Below are positions 52,140-64,000 of a DNA stretch of 64,000 nt, one piece after another. A program made the position numbers and the translations under genes. How positions within the stretch are numbered: position 1 is the first letter of the stretch; each line of letters opens with the position of its first letter. This DNA is from Octopus sinensis (lineage: Eukaryota), in contig NC_043019.1 in NCBI RefSeq assembly GCF_006345805.1, positions 23,993,360-24,057,359 on the forward strand, written 5' to 3'. A model generated the notes under the pieces. That model worked only from the letters and a program-made list of their open reading frames with translations, made no database searches and was not told the DNA's origin.

Positions 52140-52960
52140 GGATTACTATATGTCTCATGATCTATTTTAAAATTCCGCCAAGAAGTATTTCTTAAAATCT
52201 GAACATACAGAATAAAAATTTCATTCCTGGAATTTATGTAGTCGTTTGGGGCTCTCAGGTTCTCTAAGAGATATAGTTTTTCAAGAGAACATACTGAACA
52301 TCTTTGGGACTCCTTAATATAGGCTTTAGCTTCGGAGAGGATTTTCCATTTGATATTGTAGTTGGTCCCTTCGTCTTTAAGCCTCCACATTGAAGCCGGA
52401 AGGGTCTTTGAATGTCTCTTATCACGGCGCCTCTAAAATTCGTAAGACGGTTGTTTTATCTGGATTTAAATTTTCCTCCCATGGCTCAGATATAACATTT
52501 GATTTCTGCTCGACCATTGCCATAGTTCGCTGAAACCTGTACTTCATTAACAGCGGGTGCTATCTCACATTTCTGCTCTAGAGGACATTTAGATTTACCT
52601 TTGCATGTGCATCCAGGGTAGGCTCGAGCCATCTGCTGCTTGTTGATAGATGACTTAACATTTGAGGGACAAGAAAAGGTTATTTTAATCGCGTGTCTGT
52701 TAAAGATTTTATAGCATCTGTGGGTTCTAGGAAAGTGGATATCTGCTAAGTGTAAGAATCTTCTACCTACATTTGTCCTAACATTAAGGGAGGAGGGGCG
52801 GGAGTCAACCATAAAACTTTTCGAGACCTGCTCTTACTCCTAGATGATAAAGCAGGTGGGGTTATATAAAGATTTCATCATTAAAGCCGCTATCTAGCAG
52901 AACCTTATTATAACATGAGACAGCCTTTTCTAATATTTCTTTGGAAGAAGACAGGCTTGT
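52140..52960 (-). mobile_element. Penelope-like element: RT thumb/linker plus C-terminal GIY-YIG endonuclease, decayed
   Basis: YNKVLLDSGF, SLNVRTNVGRRFLHLADIHFP..YKIFNR, Cys linker CTCKGKSKCPLEQKC, KCYI, and WRLKDEGTNYNIKWKIL..A....RCSVCSLEKLYL...INSRNEI. Confidence 0.85.
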
Positions 52961-53076
52961 GATCTTATGGCTAAAGTTTTTAAATACAATAGATGGGTGT
53001 CTTACGTCCCGGAATCTAACACCCTTAATCCCCTAATCTCTAAGCCATGTGCCTCCATATTACACACACACACACA

Positions 53077-53141
<65 letters not shown>

Positions 53142-53449
53142 TCTCCCTGATGAAACAGGTAAATTTGATAAAAGTTAGTTCACTCAAGCAGTGGCTTTAT
53201 CTGAAATTAATGCAACGTTGGTCACATGTTTCAAAACTACTCATTTTGCTTTTAAACAGCCACTCGACTTCGCAGGCAACGGCAATCCTTACTGCACTAT
53301 TAGCTTGGGAACTAGACAACAGAGACTCAAAATCAGGCCCGACTAAAAGTACGTATGTGCACAATATCTCACAGATTTGTAACTAAGGCTCTCGATCGCA
53401 ACATACAAAATAACATTAAGGCTTATATGATGGTTGGAATTAAAGTCTC

Positions 53450-55150
53450 GATCTCGGATGCTTTCAGATAAACTCTTCTAGTCATCGCGAAGTGTAAACT
53501 TGTTGAGGAGTGGCGAGTGTGCTTCGATGAGAAAGTACTTAAAGATTTCTCAGCAGCCCAATTTGTAAAAGTTTTACTTCTTTTGGATGCAATAGTTAGC
53601 TGAGAATGGAGTTGTCAAAAATAGCAAAAGCTGCCGAGATATCGTCATCAAATCTCCATAAATGATATTGAATTTATCCTCACAGAATTATAGAGAATGC
53701 ATTTGGCTTTTTGGACGTGACATCCTGTCTCCAAAAAAAGTGACATTATGCATGATAGTTGGAAGCTATCCAACAGAGTTTCTCATTTCTTTTCAACCTA
53801 TACTGTCTCTTATCATAGTCTGCAAATGCGAGTCGGAACGCTCATTATGAGAAGTTGGTTCTTGGATGCAGCAAAATTGTATGACTAGCTGTCAAAAATC
53901 TTATGGCCCATGTGATTGAAGTTATTATGATTGGTCGTGTGAAGGGAGAAATTGTTTTCATTCTACGTATTACCTTCAAAACATTAAGATGTCTTACTCA
54001 ATAAACATTAAATTTCTCAGACGCATTGTCTGACGACGTATCAATCTCACTCCAGACCTCCCAAAAGCAGGAGAATCAACGTTTAGCAATCGACTTCTCC
54101 AACAGCTTGTATTCTTCTCCTTTCTCAGTGACGACCGGTATAGTTTTCGTAAGACCAGAGTTACTGGAGACTTATTCTTTTACATAACACACCAAAGTGC
54201 CTTTTGCTTCCAGAAATGTGAACATTTGGTGTTTCGCACGTAATTCATGTAGCAAAAATTTCTGTCTTTTCCATTCATTTCTGTTGGATCGAAGGCTCTT
54301 GTCAGATAGCCCAATGGTGGTGTGTTCAGATGGAGCTACCTCTGATTTTCACGCTATCAACCTTGGCGTGGCTCAGTATATGGCTTTATAACCCCAAGTT
54401 TTCCGCCCTATACATTAACGAACTGCTTGTTATCAATTCCAAAGATTCCTATGCAAATGATACGATCATTTATTCGGCTCTAGCCTATCCCACCTAAGCG
54501 TCTCCTACATGTCGCTTAGACATCTCACGCTAAATCTGCATTAATTCCACGAACAGAAACATCGAAACATCCCTTAAGTTCGTGCTAATCTTGTTTCCCC
54601 TAACAGTATGAAAACGCAATCACTACAAATAAGTAAACAAATGTTATATCTCCTCTTAAACATAATCGTTTTGTTTTCAGGACTGTCCATGTTACTACAT
54701 ATACTAACTCCCACTTTCACTCTGTCACTAAAAAGTTCTGAATGTAGCGAGGGGTGTATCACAATGATGTCCATTTCTCTTCAAGGCCAGGAAATACGGC
54801 AACTTTTAAAGGGTTAATACTCATAATGCTATACTGCTTCCATAATCGGGGCGCCGATATGCTTATACATACATTCATCCTGTCCCGTATTGGCGATAAG
54901 GCCACGCAACTGGCTTGGCGAGCTACTTCATGTCGCTCGCCAACTCCAACTGCTTACCTTCGGACACGCTGTCTACTCTTTCAAACTTTTTTCTTACTAC
55001 GATAGTGGCTCCTCTGAGTTGCTTGGTGTCTTTGACAACTCATCTTTCTTGCTCAGATCCCCTATCTTTTATATCCGGTGAGCATTAAATTTCACTTTAT
55101 ATAATTCTCTGTCCTTAACCAGAATATCGACTGTATGGAATTCCTTCCTT
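53450..55150 (+). mobile_element. Decayed APE-RT LINE (CR1/Jockey-like), RT region
   Basis: LSDDRYSFRKTR, SFLLDRR..VCSDGATSDFHAINLGVAQ, YIN, SYAND and YYDSGSSELL; many stops. Confidence 0.6.
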
Positions 55151-56359
55151 GCCCATTTTTGTTTCTGCAACCATAAACTTGCAACAATTCAAGAGTATCA
55201 ATAATCGTGTTGATCTCCCCGCGCTTGAAAGACGTGTAAAGACAGCTACTTCAAGGCCAATGAGATCAATATTGGTGCAACCCATTTCTTTACATCGAAA
55301 AAATAAATTACTGTTTGAAACTTCACTGTGTGTGTTACGTTTACTTAAAAGTTATTTAAATGTTTGTATAATGGTTATTTTCTCAAACCACAGCTTTGAT
55401 GAATAACATAGCAATTTTTAGTAGGTTATAAGCTGATCCACCCAGATAATATTGTTCATAAAAAATATGAAATCACACCTCCAAAAGATATAGGTATAAA
55501 CAATGTCGTATATTTAGCTTCGAAATTCTGAGCTTATACATTAATCTATTCACTTGAACTTTGACTTCTTACCTTATGAAGAAGTCAGTAGCTGCACTGA
55601 ATGACTCTTGTTCATTATTCTTAAATGTACCATATTATCATTACTGCAAGGCGGTTCTATGTGCTTATTGCCAGGTGACTATTACTGATGTGTATTTGTT
55701 TCCACTGAATAGTCAGTCTTACATTACTTTCTTAAGATTTGAAACGGTTGGTTACTCAAAACTTTGTTCATTCTCTACTTCGTCTCCTATGAAAGTGATA
55801 TTAAATAGAGTACGTTAACTAAAAATAATTTGGTCGTTATCTTGATAATATTATTTAGTCTCCCTTTTTATGCGATGAGGTACGCAAGCTATGTGAAGAT
55901 ATAAATGTATATGACATTAGTACTAATAAACAGAACACTTTAAAACATCGAAAACAAAATAATAAAAAGTACAAAAGTACCCGTTCAGAAATGGCTTATT
56001 ATTATAATAAAGGCTGGGAACGTCGTATAGATAAGCTAGAGATAAGTTGTATCCGATAATCGTTTTTGATTCCTGAATGTAGCTTTACCACTTTACATCT
56101 TTTGAAATTCCATAAATGATACAACTGCATTCCTCATTTATTATTAGTCAATATTACCACCTCCAATTTAATCGACATGTTTGATCATGGATTGTTAAGA
56201 AGAAAATATACATTTGATACTTCATTGTATTTCTCCAAATCTTTTAATGACACACTGAGGTCACGTGACAGACAGGCTAGGTCGATCAAGTTTATTTCAT
56301 TTGGCTCTTATGTTTGGACGCCACTTTAGATTTTGTACCCCTGGAATCTATAATATTCG

Positions 56360-56568
56360 TTTCAAATTTTTCCACAAGGCCAGCAATGTCGGAGTAGATG
56401 GAAAATCGATTACATCGACTCCAGTATCCAACTGGTATTTATTTTATCGACCCCGAAAAGATGAAAGGCAAAATCAACTACGGTGGGATGTGAACGCATA
56501 ACGTGATGACGGACGAAATGCCGTTAAACATTTCGGTCGGTGTGCTAACGATTCTGCCAGTTCGTCGC
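56360..56568 (-). mobile_element. Diverged family A SINE
   Basis: Reverse complement of GCGACGAACTGGCAGAATCGTTAGCAC...TTTTGCCTTTCATCTTTTCGGGGTCGATAAAA. Confidence 0.75.
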
Positions 56569-56754
56569 TTTAATGTAAGATACTCTGCGTGAAACGTGAT
56601 TGACATTCGAACTCCTAAACATATAGACTCGCAGTCCAGCGTTCTAAATTCACATCCACGTACTACACTATTGGTTTCAAATTTTGGCACAAGGTCAGGC
56701 AATTTCGGGGGAAGGGGGCTTGTCGATTACAGTGCTCAATAGGTTGGAGTCTCA

Positions 56755-56960
56755 GGCGGGGAGCTAGCAGAATCGTGAGCAGGCCGGGCAAAATGCTTAG
56801 CGGCATTTCAACCGTCTAAGTTTAAATGTCGCCGAGTCTGCTTTACTTTTCATGCTTTCGGGGTCGATTAAATAGATACCAGTTGAGTACTTGGGTCAAT
56901 GTAATCAACTTACTCCCTCCCGCAAAACTGCTGGACTTGGGCCAAAATTTGAAACTAATA
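56755..56960 (+). mobile_element. Diverged family A SINE
   Basis: GGCGGGGAGCTAGCAGAATCGTGAGCAGGCCGGGCAAAATGCTTAGCGGC...TTTCGGGGTCGATTAAATAG. Confidence 0.7.
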
Positions 56961-58980
56961 TTAATAACAGGTCTGTACAGGAATCTATAAAAAAAGTATA
57001 GGATGCGCAGTGCAGCCACCACTATTCACTATACTCTTCCTTACAAATGTATGACATTGTTCTAATACTAGAAAGTATCATAGCGACGAGTGCCAAACAA
57101 AATCCTTGGAGTATTTAGTTACATTGTTGTATGTTCGGAACAAATTCCATCAGATTTGTCTTTTCCATTCTTTCATTGCTGACAAAAAAGAAAAAAAGAA
57201 ACTATCGTAGCAAATTTATGATTTTTGTGATGTGACAAGTTATTTACTATTTGCCATATTAAATCCATATTTTGAATAGATTATAGTTATTTTCCTTATA
57301 TCAACTAGTTTCGCATGTATGAGAATCTCAAACATAAAATAGTTTAATAATTGGAAAATAGCTATACTTCAAATTAATGTATTTTGCTTGTTTTCTGTCT
57401 TATTTTGGATATAAAGCTGATAAATAAATGGCTAGCTTATAGATAACTTCGTTGGTGGCACAATTCATCATGTTATTCCATTTTAAACATTAAATATGTT
57501 TCTGTTTTTCATCCTTTATTCATTAAGAGAGAAAGCAATGTCCAGCAAGGGATACGTGACTGGTGGGAAGGAGGAAAGTAGTCTCTACTCGAACTACGGT
57601 ATTCAAAGTATCTTCTTTTTTCAAAACGCTAAGTTTAATTTGGAAGAAATTTGGTAACTACTTCTTGTAAGTCGAACGATCACGTAAAAGCTTCTTCACT
57701 GGTAAATTTGTAGCATTGATTTGCCGCATGAAAAAAAAAAGTTAAATCGCATCCCAGGATTATTTTGTACTTCCTGAAAGCCTTCTATGTCAAATCAGAA
57801 GGTCGATACCCAACTAGCATCCATTCAACAGTATCCCGAAATGAAGTTGCCTCAGTCATGAATCAAACTTAGGTCAAGACTAAAAGATATGTATTTGATG
57901 CTTGAATGATTTCTGTATTTTTGTATTTATCTATTGATTTTCCACCAAGCAAAAATGGGAGAATACGAATTTGTAAGAAGAAACACAAAAGGTTGTGGGA
58001 GAATTTAAGAAAGGTATAGAAAGTTATAATGGACAATATACATAGGTAGAGGATTAAATGTGGAAAAATTCGAAATAACTTATTGTTCTGACTTTTCATC
58101 TATTGAATTCAGTGAACATATTTAAAAGTTCAAGTGCTCAATTAATTTCGAAAACCAAAAGAAAATTCACTGATCGTTCTCCTTAATACATTGCTACATT
58201 TAAATATATAGCTACGCGTGAGTGGGTTTTATTAGTTCCTAGGGTACTATATACATTGGCTTTAACATTGACATGTGCATGTGAGAAACCTCTGGCACGT
58301 GAATTATTTTCGAATAAAGATTCGCGTCGAATTAACAAACAGAAAACACCCACCACTTCACACACAAGAACAAAATCCTTCGATGTATATGTAGAAAAGG
58401 TTTTCTCAGTAGCATTCGAAACTTTGTTATTTACATACAACCTGCCTGCCAATGTCACATCGTTTCTGTTCTCGTTTTATTATTATCCGTATAAATCTTG
58501 GCATGTGGTGTGAAATCTGTACAAAGAAATATTAAGCAAACAAAGGACAAGCGTGACAAGAAACTTATTTACTGATGTGACACGATGACAATATCAAATT
58601 GATGGTAAGTCTCAAACATTAAAGTATCATTCATCTTTGCCGACTGCTTAACAGTGAAAGTAGAGTTGCAGTGAGCTGAATCTACGGCCAGGAAAGTACA
58701 AGCATTACAAATTTTACCTCTCAATTCTGAAATAATTCAAAATTATCACCTATGTTAGTTAATCTTAATTTCATACCACCAAATAATTGATTGTGAACTA
58801 TTTAGAATGTGTGAAATAATTAGTTACATTTTAAATTTGTTTTTGATTTGTTTGAACAGCTAATTTGCTTGAAAATATAATGTAATCAGAGTTGTACAAG
58901 TGTACTTTAAATTATACATACTTTGTAAATTTCTATCAAGATCTATCAATTTGACTGTGATTACAAAGGCGATAAATACC

Positions 58981-59592
58981 TCTGCTACCTCCGCCCTCCC
59001 TTTCAAGGACAGCTTCCGCTCAGACTAAGTCTGAGTTAGGAGAGCCACCTTTCTCGCCACCTCGCTCCAATTCTTCTCTATCTGGAGATCTGGACCTAAC
59101 CGGATTCCAAGCATTTTCACTGGCTCTTCCGTCCAACGTCCTACGGCGCTGTCGGAAGGCATCGACTTGCCCCTCCAGGTGCCGAGTTGCAAGCCGACTG
59201 ATTTATCCCGGTTGACTTTCGCTCCTGTCACCGCTTCGTAATCCCTTAAGGCCTCACCCACTGTAGGTGCTCGACCCGGGATACGATGACGGAGATGTCG
59301 TCCGCATACGCCGAAGCTGACTTTCCGCACCCTAGATCTTGCGGAGTGCCCTCATAGTTTCCAACCGCCTCAGCAACGGCTTGAGGGCCAAAACGTAGAG
59401 AAGCTGGGAGAGAGGGCACCCTTGACGTACCGAACGTTCAATGCGGAACGGCTCCGAAAAGAAACCGTTCACCCGAACTACCGATTCGATGTTGCTGTAT
59501 AAAGCGTTGATCCATCCGCGGAAGGTCGGGCCGAAGCCAGCCGCCGTGAGGACTGCCGCCAGATACTGATGGTCTACCCTATCGAACGCTTA
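58981..59592 (-). mobile_element. Tx1/L1-clade LINE reverse transcriptase fragment
   Basis: FDRVDHQYL, VRVNGFFSEPF..RSVRQGCPLS, SAYADDI, YEAVTGAKVNRDKS and WSERKLSLKGRAEVA; frameshifted. Confidence 0.9.
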
Positions 59593-59662
59593 GATCGCTG
59601 AAAAATTCTACATCTTCGTATTGGAGGAAAAACAAAGTGAAAAATATATCAGAAAAATCGTG

Positions 59663-60052
59663 GGATCTTTCGGTTTGAACGGCAGTTTTTTCTGGCGGTG
59701 TCATATGAAATTATGATCCTAGTATCGATCTATTGCATTTCAATCTGTTTTAGGGTTAGGGTTAGGAGTGTGGGGAAGGGTATCTTTCTTCTTCAGAAAT
59801 GTAAATAAACCTAATCTGTTTCTTAAACGAGGGACATAGAATGTTTTCACCTCAAATAAACGTCATTGATTGGTTGAAATTGCAGAAATTGAAGAAAAAA
59901 ACAACAAATATCTTACAAACTATAGAATTTTCTCAATAAATCCAAGAGAAAAAGATGTTTTATAAACACATTCTACCAGTATACGAAGTTTAAAAGTGTT
60001 TAGTTACGTGGAAATTATGTTAAAAAAACTGCCGTTCAAACCGAAAAGATCC
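59663..60052. mobile_element. MITE with ~29-bp TIRs starting GG and an 8-bp TSD (Merlin-like)
   Basis: TIRs GGATCTTTCGGTTTGAACGGCAGTTTTTT and AAAAAACTGCCGTTCAAACCGAAAAGATCC; TSD AAATCGTG (59655-59662, 60053-60060). Confidence 0.85.
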
Positions 60053-61054
60053 AAATCGTGGATTTCTCTACTATTCAATATTCATCAACACGAGGTACCA
60101 GCATGCCGAATCCTTTCTTCTGAGAGTTACATCACTTCGAAACTAGTATCCTACCCAAAACAAAAATCTAATTGTACTGCCCTAACAAATTGTCCACCTT
60201 GTTATGTTGTAGAGACGTTTTATTTTTCAGATTACATGGTTTTCATTTCTTTTCTAAAAACGACAAACAGTTTTGGTCCACAATATTTTGATGAATGAAT
60301 TGGTACTGAATAAAATTAAAATCAAAGGCACGAAAACAACCATTTTACTTGTTTATATACTTATTTATATAATTCGTTACTTATTTTAGATTCTTTAGAA
60401 GTCCATTTTAATATATTATCTTTCTGTGCAAAAATAACTACGAATCGTGAAGCCACGTCTTATATTTTTAATATAGAGATAAAAGTTTCAAGTTATCAAA
60501 AAGACTCTTGAAAAAAAATTTTTTGTATTGCTTATTGTATTCGAATAGTTAGTAACAGTCAAACTAAAATGATTGATTTAAATGTCGCATCGTAAGTTTA
60601 AGTTTAAAAGAAACACCTGGGTGTTTGCAGTTGGAAATACTTTGAAGTCGCCAGGTAAAACATAAAAGAAAAAAAAATACTTGCCGTGAATTATTCTCTT
60701 AGTAAAGAAAGAAATGTTTCAGGACTTAATTTACAGGATAGCAGCATGGCAAATACATTTCTTGTAATCAATGAGTTTCAGTGAGTGTTCATGAGTTCAA
60801 TACTATGTCACTACAAAGATGATTCTTACAGATCACCGGAGAAGATATAAATCGAGATGAAGTACAGAAAACAGATCGAAGTTTATTTTAATCTGCAGCT
60901 GAGGCATTTGCTTCGAAACCACATTGTTCGGAGTCGATCTCATTGCGCGGCACTTTGCTCAAGTGTCTGGTACTGTTGTAGGCTCGGACCTTGGTCGATG
61001 AAAACTTTACAGAAGACAGTTCTCTCTATCTCTCTCCGCCTCTCTCTCCCTCTC

Positions 61055-61175
<121 letters not shown>

Positions 61176-61213
61176 TATGTATATATATATGTATATATAT
61201 ATGTATATATATG

Positions 61214-61252
<39 letters not shown>

Positions 61253-61260
61253 ATCTATAT

Positions 61261-61294
<34 letters not shown>

Positions 61295-61296
61295 CA

Positions 61297-61560
61297 GTGA
61301 AGGCGCGTGGTTCAGTGGTTAGGGGCATTCGGCTCACGATCGCATGATCGTGAGTTCAGTTCCCGGCGACGCATTGTATCCTTGAGCAAGATATTGTATT
61401 TCACGTTGCTCCAGTCCACTGAGTGGTATGTGTATTTCAAAGGGCCGGCCTTGTCACACTCTGTGTCACGCTGAATCTCCTTGAGAACTACCAGCCACTT
61501 GCACGTCAATTTCACGAGCAAGCTGCTCCGTTGATCGTATCAACTGGAACCCTCGTCAAT
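61297..61560 (+). mobile_element. tRNA-derived CORE-like SINE
   Basis: GTGAAGGCGCGTGGTTCAGTGGTTAG A box, GAGTTCAGTTCCC B box, and TCCTTGAGCAAGATATTGTATTTCACGTTGCTCCAGTCCACT. Confidence 0.75.
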
Positions 61561-61687
61561 ATGATCTTTTGAAGGTAATAGTACAGCATGTTCACTGGTC
61601 AACTGTATGAAATTATTAACAGAAAAAAAAAAACTGGGTGTATTTCGTATGTTTGACATCTTGAATTTGAATAGTTGGTTGGTATTT

Positions 61688-62160
61688 GAAGATTGCGAAC
61701 AACTGATGATGGATCAATGTACTTACAGATTGCTATCTACTGCTCATGAACCAATCTACAGATTGCTATATACCGATGGTTAACCAATGAGCCAGCAAAT
61801 TGTTGCGCACTGAATCAAAGTAATTGTAGATTGCTCTCTACCGACAACAATCTGCAATCTATCGATATTGAATCGAAGTACTAACGGCTGCTACATACGA
61901 ATAATCAACCAATATGTTTGCAGTTTGCTACCATATGATGCTCAACAAATGTGTTTCCAGACAGCTACCAAATGATGGCGAACGCATATATTTGTAGTTT
62001 TCTACCGATTGATAGTGGTGGGCCAAAATACTTATGACTAATTGCATTACTCTGTTTAGCAACCTATTGGTTGCCGAAAAATGTAAATACAGATTGACAC
62101 ATCATGACTAAGAAGAACCAATGTTGTAACAGATCGCTACAAACTGATGCTGAGCCAAAG
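61688..62160. repeat. Highly diverged ~33-37-bp tandem repeat
   Basis: Recurrent CAGATTGCTA...AACCAAT units (approximate consensus TTGCAGATTGCTACNNACTGATGNNNAACCAAT). Confidence 0.6.
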
Positions 62161-62189
62161 TTTGAAACAATTAAAGGTCATGAGGTGTC

Positions 62190-62523
62190 AGAAGCGTTAG
62201 TGCGTTAAACAAAATGCTTAGAAGCATATCATCCTACATTTTATGTTCCAAGTTCAAATACCACCAAGGTCAACTTTGCTTTTCCTCTTTCAGTGTTGAT
62301 AAAACAAAGTAGCAAACAAATACTGGGGGTCGATGTAATCGACTTGACTCCTTCTCTCAGCTTTTTGAGCTTCTGCTAAAATTGGAAACAATTATAAAAT
62401 TTTTAAATAAAAACAGAAAGTATTTTTTCGGATTTTGAAACTCTTTACACAACATAACATATAAGTATGAAGGTTTGAGTTGTATGAATATGCATGCTTG
62501 TATGTGAGTGTATGTGTGTGTGT

Positions 62524-62566
<43 letters not shown>

Positions 62567-62765
62567 CAGACAGCAACCTGGCATAACCTTTAGCACGCTT
62601 GGCAAAATGCTTCGCGGCATTTCAACTGTGTTTACATTTTGAGGTCCACTTTATCTTTCACCCTCTTGTGGTCGATAGAATAAGTACCAGTGGAGTACTG
62701 GGGCTGATGAAATTGATTTACTTCCCCGCCAGAACGTGCTGACAGTGTGCCAACATTTGAAATCT
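62190..62765 (+). mobile_element. Two degraded family A SINE copies (about 62190-62400 and 62570-62765)
   Basis: Degenerate GTTAG..CAAAATGCTT..AGTTCAAAT..GGTCAACTTTGC..GGGGTCGATGTAATCGACTT motifs. Confidence 0.6.
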
Positions 62766-62774
62766 ATATAATAT

Positions 62775-63180
62775 ATAACTTTTACTTGTTGCAGTCATTA
62801 GACTGAGGCCATGCTGAGGCACCACCTTGAGGAGTTTTTAACCGAATGAGTTGACCTCAGTATATATTTTTTTAAAATATAAATCCGGTTATTATTCTAT
62901 CGGTTTCTTTGCTGAACAGCTAATTTACAGGGACATAAACACACGAACTCCGGTTGTCAAGCAGTTTTGGGTGACAAAACAGACACAAAAGCATACACAC
63001 AGATATATAAATACGACGGGCTTCTTTCAGTTTCCGCCTACCAAATCCACTCACAACGCTTTAGTCCGCTGGAGGCTATAACAGAAGACACTCACCCAAG
63101 ATGCTACTCAGTGCGACTGAAGTCGGAACTATTTGGTTGGGAAGCAAGCTTCTTAAAGCTTCTTACCACATAGCCACGCC
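62775..63180 (-). mobile_element. Diverged family B SINE
   Basis: TTTTACTTGTTGCAGTCATTAGACTGAGGCCATGCTG...TACCAAATCCACTCACAA...CTTACCACATAGCCAC. Confidence 0.8.
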
Positions 63181-64000
63181 CACACCCCACGTACATATAA
63201 AACTCAGCTAAAAGCGAAAATAGCAGCAACAATTTTCTGACACGAAAATGCTGTAAGGGAGTTAAGGACATTTAGACACGTGCCCATTTTCACTTGGTGA
63301 ACTGTGCTATAAATTATATGAAAATAGGAGTAAATTCGGTTTATATCTTAGATTGAATAATATCCACTTCTGTTTAACCGATGATGATGAGGGACAAAAA
63401 AAAAAAGAGAGAAAGAAAACTGTTCTTTTTGACAATCTTTTTTTGAGATCGTAAATCGAGATACTCCTGGTTTGTTATAACTGAAAATTCACATTTTTTA
63501 TCCGCACAAAGCGATTGTTGTGAACATTTTCTTTGATCAGAACATTGCTATAATAGTTTTTTTGTTATCGTGCTTCATTTATTTTTTCCGAGTGCGTGGG
63601 AAATCACAGATATTTTGAATAGAACTTATAAAAGAATCTGTATTCTATAAATTCCCCCTTACAATACACATAATACAAATGTAATTAAAGAATCATTAAT
63701 TTTGTTACTAATGTTATCATACTTGATACGCCCACAATCGTTTTTGTGTTAGTTTCTCATTCTTATTTCTGTTTGTAAGAGTTTGCAATCTGATCATAGA
63801 CTGAAGCTCTTGCCAAGGAATTTCACCTGAAACGTTTTCCTTTGGTAAAGCACAGATCATTGTAACTATAAACAGAACACACGTATAGTCTGTCATTGTT
63901 TCGAGTCGAATACGGTGGTTGATAGGATCTACTAAGCAATCACTTCAAAATTGCCGGTTTTGTGCTTAAGTTAAAAGTAGATATTGAAGAAACACAAAGT

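Noticed and set aside
59751-59767. Interstitial telomere
   Set aside because: Fewer than three units, and it lies inside a MITE.
60119-60152. Hammerhead-like CUGAGAG...GAAACUAGUA
   Set aside because: The core is out of register, stem II is weak and there is no stem I.

Overview
AT-rich, microsatellite-saturated eukaryotic DNA. The SINE families and repeat landscape are consistent with an octopus or other cephalopod genome; this is inference from family resemblance, not a database hit. There are no prokaryotic features and no CRISPR. Most listed ORFs are microsatellite translations or decayed transposon fragments. The window appears to hold the 3' ends of two convergent, unidentified host genes. 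The + strand gene has exons at 1323-1454 and 1529-1627/1730, and two different frames stay open across the intron. The - strand gene has phase-compatible exons at 12515-12440, 11130-11034 and 10437 (stop), a candidate 15-nt microexon and weaker upstream candidates. The rest is mobile DNA: tRNA-derived SINEs (Nin-domain and CORE-like), LINE fragments (Tx1/L1, R4/Dong, HERO, RTE, CR1/Jockey-like), Penelope-like elements, Tc1/mariner and Merlin-like MITEs, and a non-autonomous Helitron. The most notable structure is a ~190-bp inverted repeat at 50804-51348 in which each arm carries an intact minimal type I hammerhead ribozyme, upstream of a Penelope-like GIY-YIG fragment. Two unrelated, degenerate hammerhead-like motifs occur at 28266 and 34666. 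All exon calls are manual and unvalidated.
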